From the NCBI GenBank assembly GCA_965223415.1, contig OZ245002.1, forward strand, positions 3,456,001-3,520,000: DNA of 64,000 bases, in the 5' to 3' direction. Below are positions 58,864-64,000 of this stretch, piece after piece. The DNA is from Myxococcota bacterium. Its GTDB lineage: Bacteria; Myxococcota_A; UBA9160; UBA6930. The translations under genes were made by a program, and so were the position numbers. The first letter of the stretch is position 1. Each line of letters begins with the position of its first letter. The notes under the pieces were generated by a model, which was not told the origin of the DNA, searched no databases, and was given only the letters and a program-made list of their open reading frames with translations.

Positions 58864-59675
58864 GCCGCCTGCGCGTCGACCGGCTGGACGACGCGCGCCT
58901 CGCCGACTACCGGCAGCTTGCCGGGCCGGATCGGCTGGCGGGCCGGGGCCTGTTCGTGGCCGAGAGCCGCCACGTGCTGCGCCGGCTGATCGACGCCGGC
59001 CGCTTCCGTGTGCGGTCCGTGTTGCTCGCGGAGACGGCGGAGCGGGAGACGGCGCCCTGGCTCGTGCGGCTGGATCCGCAAGTTCCCGTCCACGTGGCGC
59101 CGCGGGCGCTGCTCTCCGAGCTGGCCGGCTACCGCGTGCACCAGGGCTGCCTGGCGATCGCGGAGCGGGGCGAGCCCCTCGAGCCGGCGGTTCTGATCCG
59201 GGCCGCCGCCGAGGCCGGGGGGCGGCTCCTGGTGCTGGACGGCGTGGCGAACCCGGACAACGTCGGCGGGCTCTTCCGCAACGCCCGGGCGTTCGCGGCG
59301 AGCGGCGTGCTCTTGGTGGGCGGCGGCGATCCCCTCTATCGCAAGGCCGTCCGGGTCTCGGTGGGCGCGACCCTCGAGGTGCCCTTCGCCCGGGTGGGGA
59401 GCTGGCCCGTGGCGGCGGAGGCGCTCCAGAGGGACGGCCTCCTCCGCGTCGCCGCTGTCACCGATCCGGCGGCGCCGGCCGTGCAGGAGCAGGCGCCCCG
59501 CCTGGCCGGCCAGCCTCTGGCCCTGGTGGTCGGCGACGAGGGGCAGGGCCTCGCACCGGCCGTGCTCGCCCAGTGCGACACCCGGGTCACGGTTCCGATG
59601 GCGGCGGGCATCGACTCCCTGAACGTGGCCGCCGCGGCCGGCATCCTGCTCCATCACCTGGCGGGGCTGGCGTGA
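58860..59675 (+). CDS. TrmH/SpoU family RNA methyltransferase
   Basis: HQG, NPDNVGGLFR, GDEGQGL, PM...DSLNVA. Confidence 0.9.
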   Translation: MSRLRVDRLDDARLADYRQLAGPDRLAGRGLFVAESRHVLRRLIDAGRFRVRSVLLAETAERETAPWLVRLDPQVPVHVAPRALLSELAGYRVHQGCLAIAERGEPLEPAVLIRAAAEAGGRLLVLDGVANPDNVGGLFRNARAFAASGVLLVGGGDPLYRKAVRVSVGATLEVPFARVGSWPVAAEALQRDGLLRVAAVTDPAAPAVQEQAPRLAGQPLALVVGDEGQGLAPAVLAQCDTRVTVPMAAGIDSLNVAAAAGILLHHLAGLA

Positions 59676-60517
59676 GTCGCGTGCTCGTCGCGGGCTGCGG
59701 CTGGCTGGGCGGCGCCCTCGCCCGCCGGCTCGTGGTCGGGGGCCACGAGGTGCTCGGCCTGCGCCGCGGCGACGCGCCGCTTCCCGAAGGCGTCGTGCCG
59801 TTGCAGGCGGATCTCGCGGAGCCTTCGAGCCTGGCCGGGCTCCCGCGCGCCGTCGACGCGGTGGTCTACGCCGCGTCCCCGGGCGAGCGCAGCGACGCGG
59901 CCTACGAGCGAACCTTCGTCACCGGTGTGCGGAACCTGCGGGAGGCCCTGACACGGGGCTCGCCGGAGCTGGCGCGCTTCGTCTTCGTGTCGAGCACGGC
60001 GGTCTATTCCCAGCGGGACGGCTCCTGGGTGGACGAGGGCTCGCCCGCGGAGCCCACCCACTTCTCGGGGCGGAGGCTCCTGCTTGGCGAGCGCCTGGCG
60101 CGGGACGGACCGGGGGCGGGCTGCGCCCTGCGTCTGGGCGGGCTCTACGGTCCCGGACGCACGGGCCTGCTGGACCGGGTCCGCCGCGGGGAGGCGCGCT
60201 ACGCCCCCGGTCCGCCCCGCTACGCGAACCGCATCCATCGGGACGACGCGGTCTCCGTGCTGGAGCACCTGCTCATGGCCGAGGCGCCGCCGGTCTGCCT
60301 GCTCGGCGTGGACAGCGCACCCGCTCCCGAGCGCGAGGTGCTCGAAGGGCTCGCCGATCGGCTGGGCGCGCCGGCGCCGAGGCCCGCCGAGCCCGCGGCC
60401 GGCAGCCGGGCGGCGCTCGGCAATCGGCGCTGCAGCAACGCCCTCCTCCTCGCCCGTGGCCTGCGGCTCCGGTATCCGAGCTGGCGCGAGGGTTACGAGG
60501 CGCTCCTCGCCGGCTAG
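59672..60517 (+). CDS. NAD-dependent epimerase/atypical SDR
   Basis: AGCGWLG, VSSTAVY, LRLGGLYGPGR, NRIHRDD. Confidence 0.88.
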   Translation: MSRVLVAGCGWLGGALARRLVVGGHEVLGLRRGDAPLPEGVVPLQADLAEPSSLAGLPRAVDAVVYAASPGERSDAAYERTFVTGVRNLREALTRGSPELARFVFVSSTAVYSQRDGSWVDEGSPAEPTHFSGRRLLLGERLARDGPGAGCALRLGGLYGPGRTGLLDRVRRGEARYAPGPPRYANRIHRDDAVSVLEHLLMAEAPPVCLLGVDSAPAPEREVLEGLADRLGAPAPRPAEPAAGSRAALGNRRCSNALLLARGLRLRYPSWREGYEALLAG

Positions 60518-60551
60518 GGTTCCTGGACGAACGGGCTTCCCCGGGAGAACC

Positions 60552-61361
60552 ATGCGTAGCCTCGCCCTCCTGATCCTCCTCGTCGCCGGCCCCGCCGGCG
60601 CTGGCACCTTCCTCGTGCTCGAGACCACCCGTCTCGACGACGGCAGCCTCCTCGAGCGCACCGAGCTGCGCGCCGACGGCACGCGGCTCCGCGTCGATAC
60701 CGACGGCGGCCGGAGCAGCGTCGTCTACCTGGCGGAGGAGCGGACGGTGCGTGTCCTGAACCACGCGGAGCGCTCCTACCTCGAGGTCGACCAGCAGACC
60801 ACCCAGCAGGTGGCGCGCGGCCTCGAGAAGGTGAATCGGGAGCTGCGGGATCGCCTCGACTCCCTTCCCGCGAGCCAGCGTGCCGCCGCCGAACGGCTGC
60901 TGAACCAGACCCTCGGGCCCGGCGCCGAGACGAAGCGCCCCGAGGTGGTGGTGGTTCCGACCGGCGGCAGCGACGAGATCGAAGGCCATGCCTGCCGCGA
61001 GTTCGACGTCCTCCGCGACGGCACCCGCGTGGCGGACGTCTGCAAGGCGGAGTACGCAGAGGTCGGCGTGGCGCCCGAGACCCTGGGCGCCTTGCGCGAG
61101 CTCGCTGGCTTCCTGCGCGAGAGCCTTGCGGCTCTCGCGCCCGAGGGCCTGCGCGGCCGCAGCCTCGACGCCCTCGACTCCTTCGATCACCTCGACGGCG
61201 TGCCCTTGCGCATCCGCGCCTACGAGAGCGGCACCCCTGTCCGCCAGAGCCGCATCACCGACATCGTCACCCGCACGCTCCCGAAGACCGACTTCGCGGT
61301 CCCCGACGGCTACACCAAGAGCGTCGGCCTCAACATCCGCGAGCACATCGGCTCGCCCTGA
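60552..61361 (+). CDS. Exported hypothetical protein (DUF4412-like)
   Basis: Signal peptide, LRVD, ERSYLEVD, TG...I.G..C, F.VPDGY. Confidence 0.7.
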   Translation: MRSLALLILLVAGPAGAGTFLVLETTRLDDGSLLERTELRADGTRLRVDTDGGRSSVVYLAEERTVRVLNHAERSYLEVDQQTTQQVARGLEKVNRELRDRLDSLPASQRAAAERLLNQTLGPGAETKRPEVVVVPTGGSDEIEGHACREFDVLRDGTRVADVCKAEYAEVGVAPETLGALRELAGFLRESLAALAPEGLRGRSLDALDSFDHLDGVPLRIRAYESGTPVRQSRITDIVTRTLPKTDFAVPDGYTKSVGLNIREHIGSP

Positions 61362-61368
61362 CCGCAAC

Positions 61369-61454
61369 AACGCAAGAGTGGGGACGTTCCTTGCATCTTG
61401 CATTCTTGCGCTCCGAAGGATGCAAGATGCAAGGAACGTCCCCACTCTTGCGTT
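61369..61454. repeat. Palindromic intergenic repeat, copy 2 (35-bp perfect arms, 16-nt centre)
   Basis: AACGCAAGAGTGGGGACGTTCCTTGCATCTTGCAT (61369-61403) and its reverse complement (61420-61454); lies between convergent genes. Confidence 0.95.
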
Positions 61455-61455
61455 T

Positions 61456-62520
61456 CTAGTCTTCGGGGACGAGGGACTCGAAGCGGGCCTTGTCGATGGC
61501 CTTCATGTAGGCGTCGCGAGGGCCGATCACGTTCTGCTGGACGAGCTCCATCAGGGCGTCGTCCATGGCCTGCATGCCATCGCTCTTCCCGGACTGGATG
61601 ATCGAGCTGATCATCTGGGTGTTGCCCTCGCGGATCAGGTTCGGGAGGCCCTGGGTGCGCAGCAGGATCTCGTTCACGGCGACGCGGCCGCCGCCGTCGG
61701 CCTTGGGCAGCAGCAGCTGCGAGACCACCGCGGCCAGGGATTCGGACAGGCTGATCCGCACCTGGGCCTGCTCGCTGGCGGGGAAGGCGTCGATGATCCG
61801 GTCGATGGTCTTGGCGGCACCGTTGGTGTGCAGGGTGCCGAACACGAGCATTCCCATCTCGGCCGCGGTGATTGCCATCGCGATCGTCTCCTGGTCGCGC
61901 ATCTCGCCCACCAGCACGACGTCCGCGTCCTGGCGCACGGCGGCCCGCAGGGCCGGCGCGAAGCCCTGGGAGTGCTCGCCCACCTCCCGGTGGCTCATCA
62001 CCGATTCCCGGTTCTGGTGCACGAACTCCACCGGATCCTCGATGGTGACGATGTGCTTGGCCTGCTCGCGGTTGATCTTGTCGATGATCGCGGCCAGGGT
62101 GGTCGACTTGCCGGACCCGGTGGGCCCGGTGACGACCACGAGCCCCTGCTGCAGCTCCGCCAGGCGCGCTACCGCCGGCGGCAGCTTCAGCTCCTCGAGG
62201 CTGATGATCTCCTCCGGGATGATCCGGAACACCGCCCCCGCGCCGTTCTGCTGCATGAAGTAGTTGGCGCGGAAGCGCGCGACCCCCTCGAGGCCGTAGG
62301 CGAAGTCCATGTCGTGGCTGCGCAGGTACTCCTCCCAGTGTCGCTCGCCGGCGATCGGCTCGAGGAGCTGGGTCAGGTGCTCGTGGGTGAGCGGCTCCCA
62401 TCCCTCCACCGGGGCCAGCTGGCCCTTGGCGCGGATGCGCGGCTCGAGGCCGGCCGCCAGGTGGAGGTCCGAGCCGCCCACCTCCTTCAGTGTTCGAAGC
62501 AGTTCGTCGACCTGGGGCAC
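61456..62520 (-). CDS. pilT: Type IV pilus retraction ATPase PilT family
   Basis: SDLHL, RFRAN, GPTGSGKST, TIEDPVE, VGEMRD, GTLHT, NLIRE. Confidence 0.93.
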   Translation of the reverse strand: MPQVDELLRTLKEVGGSDLHLAAGLEPRIRAKGQLAPVEGWEPLTHEHLTQLLEPIAGERHWEEYLRSHDMDFAYGLEGVARFRANYFMQQNGAGAVFRIIPEEIISLEELKLPPAVARLAELQQGLVVVTGPTGSGKSTTLAAIIDKINREQAKHIVTIEDPVEFVHQNRESVMSHREVGEHSQGFAPALRAAVRQDADVVLVGEMRDQETIAMAITAAEMGMLVFGTLHTNGAAKTIDRIIDAFPASEQAQVRISLSESLAAVVSQLLLPKADGGGRVAVNEILLRTQGLPNLIREGNTQMISSIIQSGKSDGMQAMDDALMELVQQNVIGPRDAYMKAIDKARFESLVPED

Positions 62521-62530
62521 GGGCTCTCCT

Positions 62531-64000
<1,470 letters not shown>

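Overview
High-GC bacterial window. The gene content (paired PilT, multiple luciferase-like monooxygenases, Cys-containing C-terminal tails) suggests a Myxococcota-like or related organism; this is inference only. About 65 CDS were called. 1-29 kb holds housekeeping and catabolic genes (osmoprotectant ABC transporter, dusB, bolA, S41 protease, badH/badI-like pair, ArsR-SRPBCC-DUF899, ahcY, glutathione peroxidase), one intact IS5-family element inserted in a CTAG stop-codon site, and a patch of decayed genes. 29-54 kb is a split aryl-polyene (APE)-type fatty acid/type II PKS cluster with an aromatic amino acid ammonia-lyase, two flavin-dependent halogenase-like genes and an extra ACP/condensation-like/oxidoreductase/ligase module; a block of secreted-protein genes interrupts it. 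54-64 kb holds RecQ with a histone H1-like N-terminus, fbp, a TrmH-family methyltransferase and two pilT paralogues. The most notable unexplained signals are: (i) a fixed-spacing C-terminal motif C-G-[LI]-G-[PA]-E-L-x3-L-P-x-L-x3-R-R-R on three exported-type proteins from two unrelated families, a candidate protein-sorting signal; (ii) a long palindromic intergenic repeat present twice with a compensatory base-pair change; (iii) many TANNNT boxes 6-8 nt before start codons, suggesting leaderless mRNAs; (iv) a 32-bp duplication that creates an 11-codon relay ORF between the ketosynthase and chain-length-factor genes. No rRNA, tRNA or CRISPR array was seen. All product calls come from motif recognition by eye, not database searches.
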